From Bugula neritina (lineage: Eukaryota > Animalia > Bryozoa): DNA of 64,000 nucleotides. Below, piece by piece: positions 1 to 13,600 of the stretch (position 1 is its first letter; each line of letters opens with the position of its first letter). The stretch is taken from positions 3,534,001 through 3,598,000 of the forward strand of contig OZ037765.1 in assembly GCA_964035545.1 (NCBI GenBank), given 5' to 3'. The position numbers were made by a program, and so were the translations under genes. The notes below the pieces were generated by a model. The model was not told the DNA's origin. It saw only the letters and a list, made by a program, of their open reading frames with translations, and did no database searches.

Positions 1-27
1 CTGTTAACATGAGAAGTCTGCAGACTA

Positions 28-302
<275 letters not shown>

Positions 303-632
303 CTAAATACATGTGCTATATAACTAAATATAATATGCAGCATGCATGAAGTCTGTGTTTATATTAATTTTTACAGCTATATTGCAGGCTATTTTTTAAT
401 ATAATATATTATCTTAACCAATGATATATATTAAAAAGCCATGTATTTATTCATCTCATCTCCTTGTATTGAGATTTGAAATGTTACAAAGCTTAGCAAA
501 TAGAGATTCTTCTCATACAAATGACCTCTGACCTGTGAAATGTATCATTATTATTGGTCAAATCTTTCATCTTTAAACAGTATAAAAGAAACTGGAAACT
601 TGGACAATATTATATACTAACATAGCACATAA

Positions 633-1916
633 ATGGAGTGGAGAACTTGCGTTATAGTGTTTGCTTTGGCTGGGATGCTTTTCCCAGTGGCTTGTGTAGC
701 CAGATTTTGCAGTAAGTATTCTGTTCGTAATTAAGTTAATATTCACAGACCAATTTGTATTTCAAATTTGTCTGTGTAATCTGATAATTTTAATATGTAT
801 AATTGCCCTGTAATAAAATTATGCATTTGTTTTTGCAACAAACCCGTGTGACTGTATGCATAATATATAACAAATTAGCAATGATTTTCCCTTCTTTTAT
901 TTTTTGTTATATATATATTAATTAAAAACTTCTATATTACACCCTTGTACTATATTTTCTATAATGATGCTACATCTATATGTCCATTTTCCTTGTTTCT
1001 TTTTATAGTGCTAAACCTATAATGGGTCTTTAAAACAATCTTTCAGTTCTTGAACTCCACCACCTCAATATGCTTAGTCAAATATCTCACATGCTCTTTA
1101 TATGCGGAAACTGTTAGAATTCCTGTCTTTTGAAAAGATTTTAAAATATTACTAAGTTTTTTTATCCGTTCTCTTCAATTTATCTTTTTAATCACAGAGC
1201 AAAGTGATTAAACTCTGCTCTCTCTTATACTCTCTTTACCCTGTCTAAGTATATACTCACAGAGCAAAGTGACGCCCTGTTTAACCCCTACACCAGCACC
1301 TGTCTAACCATTGTGAATAAGACGAGCAGCTGGGATGCTGCCAGAGATTATTGTGAGTCAGCAGAGAGTCAGCTCGCAGTGCTGCCAACTCTGGAGAGTA
1401 TTTTCTGGCTCAAACACATGAGAAAGAGTTACTATGGTATAACCTGTTCTGTTTTTAGAGATTATATATATCACTTTTTCTTGATTATTTAATGAGCTAA
1501 ACCACATATGCATCAGATCCCTGTGTAATAACTTGCACTCACCTATAGCATTACTACAGTCTATACACATACGTTTTATATACTGCTAATTGGTACTTTT
1601 TTAAGGTTTTGCTAATTTTAATTGTCTGGTCGGCCAGTTTTTACCAACAGCTCATGTCAAAATGTTACAAAGTTTTCAATTTCATGCTGCAGCATGGAAA
1701 GATTACAGATCAAGCTTCTTGTGGATTGGGGGAATAGAAGTTGACGGCCAGTGGAGATGGAAAGGCATGAAATACGTTGATATCGGCGTCGCTGATTGGG
1801 CAGTCAGACAACCTAGTGGGAATGGAAACTGTTTGCAACTTTTTGGAGAAGACAACTACCAGTGGAATGACCAGAACTGTTCCTTGCCATTCTACTTCCT
1901 GTGTGAATCAAGTTAA
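633..1916 (+). CDS. Secreted single-domain C-type lectin (perlucin-like), 3 exons, 158 aa
   Basis: Exons 633-711 (signal peptide MEWRTCVIVFALAGMLFPVACVA), 1263-1436 (TCL..SWDAARDYCESAESQLAVL) and 1693-1916 (LWIGG..WRW..W..QPS..C..WNDQNC..FLCE*). Both introns are GT-AG phase 1 and the total of 477 nt is in frame. AATAAA at ~1991. Confidence 0.9.
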
Positions 1917-4567
1917 TTTACAGTTAGAGTAATTATAATTAAATATTGCTTCGTAGATTATATTGTAGCATATATTATACTGCATTACAGAATAAAATAA
2001 TCATAATAACTTGACTTAAGATCATGCACAGTGTTTCATAATACACTTAAACTATTATATTGTTACTTACTAATGTGATGTGTGCCTAAATGAATGCCTA
2101 ATTTGAACATTTTGTATGTTATTTTTACAAAAACAATGACAATCCAGAATTGCTGCTAATTATGAATAAAGTCATTTATTTAATCATAACTTTTCTCATA
2201 AAACGTTTTTTGTGATCCGATGCCAAAAAGTATCAGTTTATATAATACATCACATAATTTATATCATACAGCTCATTGTGTGGTAATTTGTATATTAAAT
2301 AAATAAAACTATATACACACATACGGCATGCAATCATAATAAAATTAGGCTGCTCTATTGTATAATATTTTATGTCCATAAAAACAATTTGCTACGAACA
2401 AAAAGATTGAGAATGCTACAATTAGCATAAAAGTGTTGGAAAATAGGCTGCTAGTTTGATATCAAAACGTTGCATATACTGTCAGCATTTCACAAATTCT
2501 TTAACATATTCTAAAGTATAAACTTTAGCAGCATTCAATTTAATTTAATCATAAATTTATTCTATTGACAAATTTAGGAGTTGTTCTCTATATTTGTTGC
2601 TACCAACTATTATAATATCTGGTTACTATAATATTATAATTATTGTAGGGTGCTAATAATTATTGTAATACAACATGTTACTACTAGCTATAACTATATA
2701 TTATACTATATTATATGTTACTACTAACTACTATATGGTATATATCATACTATATTATGCGTTATAAAGCACGATGGACTAAACAAGTGGTAGGTAAATA
2801 GTTTTATGGCTCGGTGAGTCATATTTTGTTTCCTCTCTATTTTAAAACAGCATTTTCATATTTATGGCATGTTATATAGTATATAAATTGTATCTCTTCA
2901 CCCTCAATTGCTGCTGTTATTCCATGTTAAACACAGTAGATATATTAACAACACATTATGCTAACAGCCAAAGTAATTAACTTTAGTTTAAAGTCCGTGT
3001 GACCTAGTTTATGATAGCTGTACTGTGCATCACCAGTTATGTATTTTGTGGTTAAAATTGCCAGCATAATTGAAGTAATGAAATTATAACTAAAACTAGT
3101 TTGCTAACAATGAAAAACGGAGCAATAATACATACTCAGTGTGTATCATATTATGAAAGTTTGTCAATTAAAAAGCAGTAAAAAGCTAACTGTAAAAAAG
3201 CAGAAAACCTACATATATTATACCTACAAAGCCATGGTAAATGCTAAATCATAAGAATAAGCTCACTAAATTTGTGCTGTGTATTGTATATAATTCTGGA
3301 GAAAAGAGGTTTATTCAGTCATCAAATAGAAGTCTTTTAGGTGTGGCAGCGGAGAAGTTTCATTAGTCTAAGTTCTATAAGCTTTTTATATATATCTTGA
3401 TTCTCATGAGAACATAACTTCCTTTGCTACATTTTCCATCGAGAACACAAGCTTTTCGGAAATCCATTACATGCACCTTTACGTCCTAGCTCTTGTTTAT
3501 ATCATCATTCTTTATACATAGTATATTAATATATTATGAGGCTTATGAACTATTCTGAGAATATTTATAATATAAATGGGTAACCTTATAAACTGATACT
3601 ACATTCTCACATATTATAATACTCTGACTGGAAGCTACATAGAACTGCAGTATCTGAATGGAGGTAGGAGAGTTTATATTTACTTTTACTAGTTGCCATT
3701 CTATCCATATAAAGTAGCAAATGGTATAACACGCTCAATATACTTGATGTTGTTATAAAGTAACTATGCAAGAGTTGAGACAACCCACAACGCTCCACAT
3801 ATACTTACAACTCTTTAATGGATAAGAAAATTCTCAAAGAGTGCAGTTATGAAGATTTTATACTATATATTCGGTAGCAATCAAGTTAGCTGATGCATAC
3901 AGCACTGTGACTCTTATTTTTAAGATTGTAAATACTATATCACAGCTACAAAAATAATATCATATGACATTCACTTATTTTTTATAAATATCACTATGCT
4001 CTCTATATCGGAGCATAACTACATTTATTACTCATCATTGCACATCTGTTCACATAATGATGCTGGTACCCACAATAAGCCACACATTGTTGGAATATTA
4101 TCTATAAACTAAAGCATTGAATGATACTAACGAGTAGGCTATACATCATACTAAATTTAATAACCACTAGAAACAAATTTGAGCATAAAACCATATATCT
4201 TGACGAAAGCTGTCACGTGATCATGTAAACATTTTATTCATTATAGTCACGGCACAACTAGCACACTGTAGGGTTTGTTGCTTGACATCATGCAATAAGA
4301 GAAGCCACCTGTCTCTTACTGGACATAGTAAAAAGATAATTGAGCTAGTTTATAAAGAATTCTGTGTACCATATGCTGGTGGTGCAGAACTACACACCTC
4401 ACCTGGTCAGGTAACTTCATGGCAAGTAAGATTTATTATGAAAAGTGTTACCTACTAACAAGCCTAATTCTCGGTAGGCTGTACAATGAAGTAATAATAT
4501 GTAGTTTTCTGTGTTAGAATTATAAATATCTTAATTATGGTGTCCAGTTATTTTTCTGGTTGCGGTT

Positions 4568-4575
4568 TATATAAA
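4568..4575 (+). promoter_or_regulatory. Probable TATA box of the Roco-caspase gene
   Basis: TATATAAA ~45 bp upstream of ATG 4615, which opens an 18-codon exon ending in a G|GTGAGG donor. Confidence 0.4.
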
Positions 4576-4614
4576 CAGCCAGTCCTGTATTCTTACTCTG
4601 TTGGTGAGGAAGAA

Positions 4615-7600
4615 ATGGAAACCTGGACTTTTAAAATTACTCCCTTATTGCACCTAGATGAAGAAATGGTGAGGCAAATAATTAATTGAAACTATTTCAG
4701 TACTGATTAGCAGCCTACTAGAAATGTAGTATTTAAAGCCATTAATAAGTTTTACATTTAGGTGCAAGAGTGGAGAAATTTTAATAGTTTAAGTTCTTTG
4801 ATTTTGGAACAAAATAACATAAGTCTTTTGCTCCATTTCTAATCTAGAACACAGCTTTTTTCAAATCTTTAACACATACTGCACCAACCTAAGTTTTCTG
4901 AGTAGGCTAAAGAAGTAAAAGGAATTTTACTGTGGCACGGGAGCAAATATGATTGGATGCCCTTCCTGACATCATCAACGGTTCCGCTGGGATTCGAACC
5001 GTGACTATTTTGAACAATAGGCCAGTGTTCTAATGTTACAAATCGAGGCTTATCCTTGAAATTGTCCTGATTTAATCATAATTAAAATGGTATGAGGTGT
5101 GAGGCAACAGGACACTGGCAAATTAACATACATGTAGAGTGCAGCAAGTATAAGTTACAGCAACAGCACCAGCCCATAATTTCGCAGTGGATCAGCATAA
5201 TTTTCATGTTGCTAAAATATATATAGGAGAGCCTTTCTGTATCACCTTGTGCATTGAATGGATTCGGGTGGGATGCTGGAATTACATTTAATGAAAACTT
5301 ATTCTTCTTATGGTTATAATTTCATTTGATTGACACTATTTTCATGCTTAGAATAAAAAAGTCTATTTCCCTGATCAAAGCGTGGGAATGTTGTAGTATA
5401 TTATGTATATGTCACAACCATATAGTAATTTATATAGACATCATTTCATTGTTATCATGTAGACATGGTCTACGACTCTACGAACAGGGCAAGTTTTACT
5501 TGATGTGTTCTCTAAAAGTGTTGGAAGGCCATGGTTTGGGGATATATTGTAGAATTAATGCATACCAGCAGGCTAATATAGGTTTAATTATATTATTATG
5601 ACTCAAGATATTCTGCTTACAGATGAAAGTAAAGGCTAGTGAACACAACTACAGCCTGTAACCAGTGACTACAAGATGGGGCAATGTACCTCTACACCTA
5701 AAAGTGAATCAAGTTAGTAAATAATCTAATTACAGATACTGCAGAATATGGAGCATTGCTAGTTGTATTGTATTATATTATATTATATAATAGTAAATTG
5801 TGTTTAGTATATTATAGTTATTATATTATACTTGTATTATATTGTATTGCATTGAATTATTTTGCTGCCCCTACTATATTATAATACAAACTCTGTTTGA
5901 CCACCATATTATAATTATTATGCTAACTTGTGTGTATATCACATGGGTTTATAGTCATCATTTCTGTGTAAGCCCCTGATGGAAAAGAACTTTTTAAGTT
6001 AGCTATGAACTTGTTTTTATTGTGGCAATGATTGGGTGCCCTTCCTAACATCCCCCTTTGGGTGTAGAACCACTGACCTTGTGGTTACTAAGCTATTGCT
6101 TTAACCATTAGACCACAGCTGTTCCCTTATACCACTATTACGTCTTATAAAAAACAGCAGTGTATTTAAATTAGATATAATCATTATTTATATGGTATTC
6201 TGCTTAAAAACTAGTTTGATAAACTGAATAAAACTTAGAAACGCATTTAGAATGTATCACAGAATTTTAATTTGTTCAACAGTATTTGTGAATATTTACA
6301 ATATAAAACTATGCTGTTTGCGTAACTTTTAGAGACGTATTACAATGCATGGTTCAACAGATCCAGTATAGATAGAGATGATGAATGGATGATGAATAAG
6401 ACTAAATCCTACACTATAGAAGAGATCAATGCTAAAAGTAGACATCATAAAGTTACTCATGCTATACTGAAGTATGACATTCCTCCAGATATTGGCACAC
6501 TGTTACCTCACCTCACCCATCTAAAGCTGTATGAAGTAGGCAGAATAGCTGATTGGGTCAGGTATGGTATTGTTATAAAGTTGTATTCATAGTGACCTAT
6601 TAGTTTGTAGTTAGTGTAGGGGTAACACTGCCCCTACCCGTACTAACATAAAATTGGGCTGCTGGATTTCAGGCACTCAAAATGCCGAATGAATATGGTA
6701 GCAATCCAATTGGCCAATTGATATTTAGCGAGCTCACTTTTCATGTTTCAATTTTCAATTTTCCAATTGCAACTTCACATTAGTAAGAGCACCTAGTGAT
6801 AATTTACAATTCAATACTTTTTATCAGGCAGTAAATTAATTGGCCACTTGAGTTTTGCCACGGCTGGCAATGTATTGTGCGTGGGTAATTCCTGCAGTGG
6901 GTTCCCCCTGGCATGTACTCGAGTTTCAAATTCGGAATTTCCCATTATGTGATTCCAAGCTTATAGTTAAAATATGAAGTAATCTCCCGTATAATAATAC
7001 TAGCTTTAGTAACAACTGTTATATGGGTTTATCTGACTTATAATTGCGTATCAATTTATAATTCAATCTAAAGTTAAGTAATCTCATTCAAGAGTAATAA
7101 TATGCAGTAGTTAAATTGAAATATAACTATGTTTTTTACAGCATATCTTCACTGAAGAATCTTGAGATATTGAATATATCATGGAACAACCTATCTGAAG
7201 GTCTACCAGACAATATGTTCACATCCTTACTATCCTTGAAAAGTTTGAGCATGGTGAACTGTAAACTGCCAACTCTACCCAACAGGTAAGGGTATAATCA
7301 CATATATATTATTTTAAAGTAGGGTTAGCTTAGACTTTACCAACATCACTATAAAATTTCATATAGCATAATTGTTATATTATAGTCAAAGTGTTCTAAG
7401 CAGTACATGTGTACTTATTATTAAGGTGGATGACAATTATCAAAACTTTGTCATCAGTAGAAGGGAATTTTATGTGATGTTCAATGACTTGTATGCTGTA
7501 TTGATATTTATACTGAAATATTTTACGGCATTTTATACCTGTGTGTTATGTTACAGCATAGCTTCACTCAAGAATCTTGAGGTATTGAATATATCAGGGA

Positions 7601-10600
7601 ATAGAATCTCTGGTTTACCTGACAATATACTCTCATCCTTACCATTACTGAAAGAGCTGTACATGTCAAACTGTGCACTAGTGACTCTACCAAACAGGTG
7701 TGTGTTGTATTGTATTATCGGTGATACTTTATTAAATAAAAATTATAATTATATCCTTAATACAGATTTGTTGTAGCTTGCAATATATTTGTATAGACTT
7801 GAAGTAATGTATGCTTTACACAACATTTGCATGTTGCATCAAAAATTATATTCATATAAACTAATATTATATACATAGTTTTATTTCTGTGTGTTATGTT
7901 ACAGCATGTCTTTACTGAAGAATCTTGAGGTATTGATCATGTCGGAGAATAGCTTTTCTGAAGGTCTGCCTGAAGATATATTCTCATCCTTACGGTCTTT
8001 AAGAGTGTTGTCCATGCGTTACTGCGATCTATCAACTCTACCAGACAGGTGTGTGTTATATATTTTAGAGTTGTCTGCACTTTAATGAGTCAACTTAACT
8101 TTTTATAAGAACACTACTCTAGTTCAACTAATATGGTTAGGGTATTCACTTTTAGGGTCATTGCTACAAGTAAGTGATGAGTCGTAAAGTTAATAAAAGT
8201 TGTAACATGAAACTCAGTAATAAATGTACTCAGAAAGTAATGTTACAATGAATTGCCATTTATTACTCTAATGAATTCATATCTTTAATAAACTAGTATC
8301 TAATAAATGCCAGTGCTTGACCAATAAAATCCAGTTCCACTATTACTACTGTGTTTGGCATTTTAGCACTTATAAGCTCCACAGTACTCAACATCTGGGA
8401 GATAACTCCTATTTTATACTATATGTTGCACATACATGCGCTGTAAGAGTGTAATGTAAGATATGATGGCATTTTATTATAATCTGTTTGTGTATGAAGC
8501 AGTGTTCAAGACAGCATATTCACATTTTATATTTGTTAGCATGCAGAGTCTACAGAAGTTAGAGAAATTGAAAATATCCTCAAATAACTTCACCAGTTTA
8601 CCACTTCCGGTGTACACATTGAGTAGTCTGCAGGAACTGGATATATCTGAGAATATTTATCTAACATCCTTTGATCCTAAGATATTACAGTTGACTCATC
8701 TCCATACACTGAATGCTGAAGGTTGCCTTGCTCTTATATCTCCTCCACCTGAAGTATATCAGAGAGGCATAGGTTCGGTTGAACAGTACTACACAGACTT
8801 GGCTGAAGGAGCTGGTAACAACCTGCCATTTGCTACCATAGCTGTGCTAGGTAATACCATGGCTGGAAAAACTAGCTTAATCAAAACATTACAAAATGCT
8901 GACAGAAAGCGAGTTCTGACCGACAGAAGTCCAGATGCTGTGAGAGATGAGACAACAAAGGTGTTTAATCTTGAAGAGGTTGAGGTAGATGGTACAGTAC
9001 TCCGTCTTATCGATTTTGGAGGTCAAGAAGTTTATCACATTACTTATCAACTGACATTGCGCCAAAATTGCCTACCCGTAATAGTAGTCAACATGGAACA
9101 GTATAGCAAAATTTCAAAAGAATCAACACACAGAGAAGCTGTTAGAAGATTAGCCTTTGATTACATGTCTCACCTCTACCTCGCCAACCCAACTCTGGGA
9201 GCACCAAAACTCATTTTTACCCACAAAGACAAGTTTCAAACTACAGAATTTCAAAAGCTTCGAAAAGTTTTCCTGGAAACTTCAAACCAGCTGTGTGAAC
9301 AAATTATTCGAGAAGAAAAAGCATTGGGTGGAGAATTTGCTCAAATTAAACATTTTAATAAATCAGTTAAAGAAGTCTTTCTTCATGGCGACATATACGA
9401 AGTAGGAAGCAATGATAAGTATGAAGTGTTCGACATAGTTAAAAACTCTCTCCTTCAAAGCAGTCAAAACTTTGTGAAACTTTTACCTCTGGTCTGGGAG
9501 GAAGTGAATGAAAAAGTTCTGTCATTTCAATCTGTGTACATCACCTTTGATGAGGTACTGAAAGAGGTACAAACGGAATTTCGACACATTGAGGCAAGCC
9601 AGCTGAACATAATCCTCACATACATGCATGACTGCGGCAAAGTCTTGTGGTATAAAGATATCGGCTCTCTTCGGCCATACATATTCCACAGGATTTCAGA
9701 AGTTACCAAACTTCTATGTGTCTTGTATCATCATGATTCTAACATATGGCAAAGTAGAGTTGATTTGTTTGAGCCATACCTTTCCAAGGATGGAACCCCT
9801 GTTGAAAAAGAAGACTTTGAGAGGTTTGTGAGTCACTTCACCAACACAGGTTTGATGCTGCAATGTCTTCTCACTCATCTGATTAAAAATGAAACATCAT
9901 TTGACGGTGTCAAAAATGAAGAGGTTGCGCTATGCTTGCTTCACACATTCCGTTTGTTATATGGTCCTTTACCTAGTGATTTCAAGGAACCTTGCTTTAT
10001 TGTTCCCCAGTTTGCTAACGATTTCTTCAATACTTCTTACTCATCCCCAAAAAACATGCTTCTTCAAGTTGAAGTGCAATTCAACGGCTTAACTCTACCG
10101 CAATACGTTTACCATCAAATGAATGTTGGCTTGTTAGAACTCTTTCCTGATGGGTTTGCTGTTGTTAAAGTAAAGAAAAATGGAGCAAATGTTTATCAAG
10201 ATGGAATCTACACACAGCTTGTGCATGACTGTAAATCTAGAAAAGTGTTACTCCACGTGTCATCTAATGCTGCTAACATCTACAGCATGTGGCAAAGACT
10301 CATCACAGTCATCAATAACATCCTTAGACATGTTCTGCAAACTTGGACAGCATGTAGACCTGTCACTACATGTTACTGCGCTCACTGCCTTCTGCTGGGA
10401 CTTCCTTGTCCAAAAAAGGTGCTCAATCCTCAGTGGTGTATCCGATCCTTGAAACATCCTACACCAAATATCAAGCTGTGTAATGGATCTTCAACAACTT
10501 TGTGCGATGACGAGGAGATGCCCAGTGCTTTTCTGCATCCATGTATGTGTAAATAAATTATTTCTTTGTATTTTGGCTCCTCAACTTTTATGATTTAAAT

Positions 10601-13600
10601 TATCAAATCTAAAAATATTTTATACATGGTAAATGACAGCGTTTTACTCACCAGGTGGCCCTCTGTCTACAGAAGAAGCTGATACAATTAAAGAATGTGT
10701 CAATAAGTTGAGGTCTGCTAAAGAACAGGCCACCTTGACTGCCTCTGGTAAGATCAGTTTCCTTATCATAAACTCGTAGCTGTTGGCAGCATATTTATAT
10801 GTAAACAACAGGAGACAAAGAGCCCAGGTGATCAGTTGGATACTCTACTCTTTTGCAGAAATTTACCATTTCAATTTATTTGTGTCTCTATTAACCAGAA
10901 CACTACAGGTCCAGAAAAATTAGTTTTCGCAAGTTCTTCTAGCCTACAGTCATCCTGATACTTAGTGACGAAATGCAGTACCATATAATATGTTATTTAT
11001 TTTTGAAGCACCCAGAGACAAGAGTCTGCACACTCAGACTATCTCGACCCCTTTTGAAGACGATAACATCAGTGAATGCTCTGATGTCGAAGAGGAAGGA
11101 TTTGCTGATTTCACTGAAGATGACCTTGAACCTTTTTTATTTAACATTGATGGTATGCAGCTGAAACCTACAGAAAATGAAAAAGTTAAACACCTGTTTC
11201 ACAGTCACCATAAGGTAAAACAAATGGATATCTTTTAACGCAATAAGCAATTTTTGGTAATGTTTTGGCTGATTATTTAATTTTGATTGACTTTCAAGTT
11301 AATTTTATTTACCAACTTTTAGTTAAAGAAATTTGAATAATTTACAGGTTTATAAGATGAGTGACCCTGTTAGAGGTCGTGCCATGATTATCAATAATGA
11401 AAGATTTTTTCTGGATGATGGGAGGGAGCTGACTAAGGCAACTCGACATGGTTCATACATCGACTATGTTAACATCAAAACTCTGCTAAAAGACATGGGA
11501 TTTGTTGTAGCCGGTGAAGATGAGCCTCTGTTTGACTTGAGTAAACAGGTTTCTGAATAAATTTTTTATTTCTTATGCAACAAAGGGTGCTAGCTTCAAG
11601 ATGTTTACACAAATCGCTAATGTATAATAATTAATTAATTTACAGTTTTTATTAGTATTTAGTTTGTTCAGCTATAACAAATTCTGGAGTTGTCACTAGT
11701 CAAATAGAAGATAACTGTATATTTGCATGAAACAAAGAAGCCCTACCGGTGTCAGTTGTTTTGTCTAATAATTCTGTCAGAAATCTTAGTTTCTGTTGGT
11801 TTTCGTTTCGGTTCCAAACTGCCAGTTGTACTTAACAGGCTGGCGTTAGTCTCTGTAATAGTGAAATTTTTAAGCTTTTCATTTGCTAAAATCAGTTGTT
11901 GTGCTTTGCTAAATACTTCATTTACTGCACAGTATCTTTTACAACCCAATATGTATATGTTGATTCAACAGGAAATCATGTCAGAAGTGAAAAAGGAGAC
12001 CACCCGCAAAGACCACCAGCACCTAGGCATGTTTATTCTAGTCATCATGTCACATGGAACCTCTGGAAACATTTTCTATGACAGAGATTGTAAACCTGTC
12101 TTCTTGTCGGAAGTTAGAGACTTGCTCTCAGCTAGCAAATTTCCTGCCATGAGAGGAAAACCCAAACTCATCATATTCCACGCTTGTTCTGGCAGTGAGT
12201 AACACAGATTCATGACTCATGTTACTAAAATTAGCAAATTAAGCTACATTGATCTATATAGCAATAACATCGGTTGTTGACTTCATAAAGTTAATATATT
12301 ATGTTATCTTATATTAGTCTTTTTAAAGTACTTGAATCAGTTAAACTACAATCAAATTTTCACACTAAATCAGAACATTTTTAGGCGTTTTGATTATCGA
12401 TATTATTGAATACAGAAGTAGGCTACACTTCATAATTATATTATTTCTTCTATTTCTAAGTTTGTTTTATAACTCTAAATTACTTAGTAGTGCTGCGTGA
12501 TCTTTTTTCTCATTGTGATTCCAGTCCTAAGTATTCTCATTATGCATCTTATAGCAGGGTCTGCTGTAGGTGATAAGATTTTCGATGAAAAAATCAGACA
12601 TTATTGTTGATCATGCAAGTAAAATGGTAGATATGAACTGTTGAAAATATTGCATTTTTACTTTATCTCACAGGTAGAGCTGACTCTGGTAATGTTATGC
12701 AGTCACAAAACCCTGTCAACTTCTCACCACCAACATCTCCAGCAGAAGCAGGGAGTGAGTCTTCTGTAAGTCAAACTGCGTCTTCAAACATTCCCTTTGA
12801 TAAATTCGCTCACTTGGACGCTGATGACTTCTACATTGTAAAGCCAAGCACAGAAAGTTAGTGTGAAATACATTATATATCTGAATAGACTCAACATCCT
12901 ATTTTAACTAAAACAGTTCACAATTTTTAATCAGTCAGACTTTAGGTATAACTGAAGCACTCACGTGTTACTAGTAACTCCGCCATGTGTTACAGCTTAC
13001 AAGGCTGGTAGAAATGAGAATTATGGTACCTGGTTTATCAGGATACTGGTGGCTACATTCTACAGACACAGCTGTCACAGGGATGTTAGTGAGCTGTTTA
13101 GAATAGTGAGTATTACTTGAAATCTGCGTTATTATACTTGATTAGCCATTATATGGCTGTGACAATTAATGCTAGGAAAATCCAGTGGTATTAAATAGCC
13201 AATATATAGTAAAGGTAGTTTTATAGGCACCAGAGAAACTATCAATTATAGAGTAACACATCATCTTTTGTGTATATAAAGTTAGTAACCTATTATTACA
13301 CAATCTTTTTGCCAGTTATTCTTTCAGTAACTTTAATAGAAAACCTTGTAGAATAACAAAAAATATTAAATACTTAAAAATTAATGTAGTAAATTTCATT
13401 ATTTATATTAATTACATGTAAATTGCTATATATTATTATGAAATACTGAGGAGTTAGTTTTATATTTTATTCGTTGTTTCCCAAATCTACCCTGCAGATA
13501 CAAGACAGAGTTAGAAGAGTCAGTATTGCTTATTGTAAGAAAACAGGAGACGAAACAGCTGGTGGGAATGTACCTAATTGTCAGGAATGTACTTTCACCC

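Noticed and set aside
5463-5700. Possible extra Roco-caspase micro-exons (5463-5488 with a GC donor; acceptor at 5622)
   Set aside because: They could not be joined in frame with both 4615-4668 and 6335-6561. The 5' structure needs transcript data.
4930-6121. Functional tRNA genes
   Set aside because: A/B boxes are present but there is no complete cloverleaf, and they are followed by a shared SINE-like body.
8463-10556. 697-aa ORF as a stand-alone Roco gene
   Set aside because: It has an acceptor at 8539 and a donor at 10543 whose phases fit the flanking LRR and linker exons. The ORF's Met start and stop lie in intron sequence.
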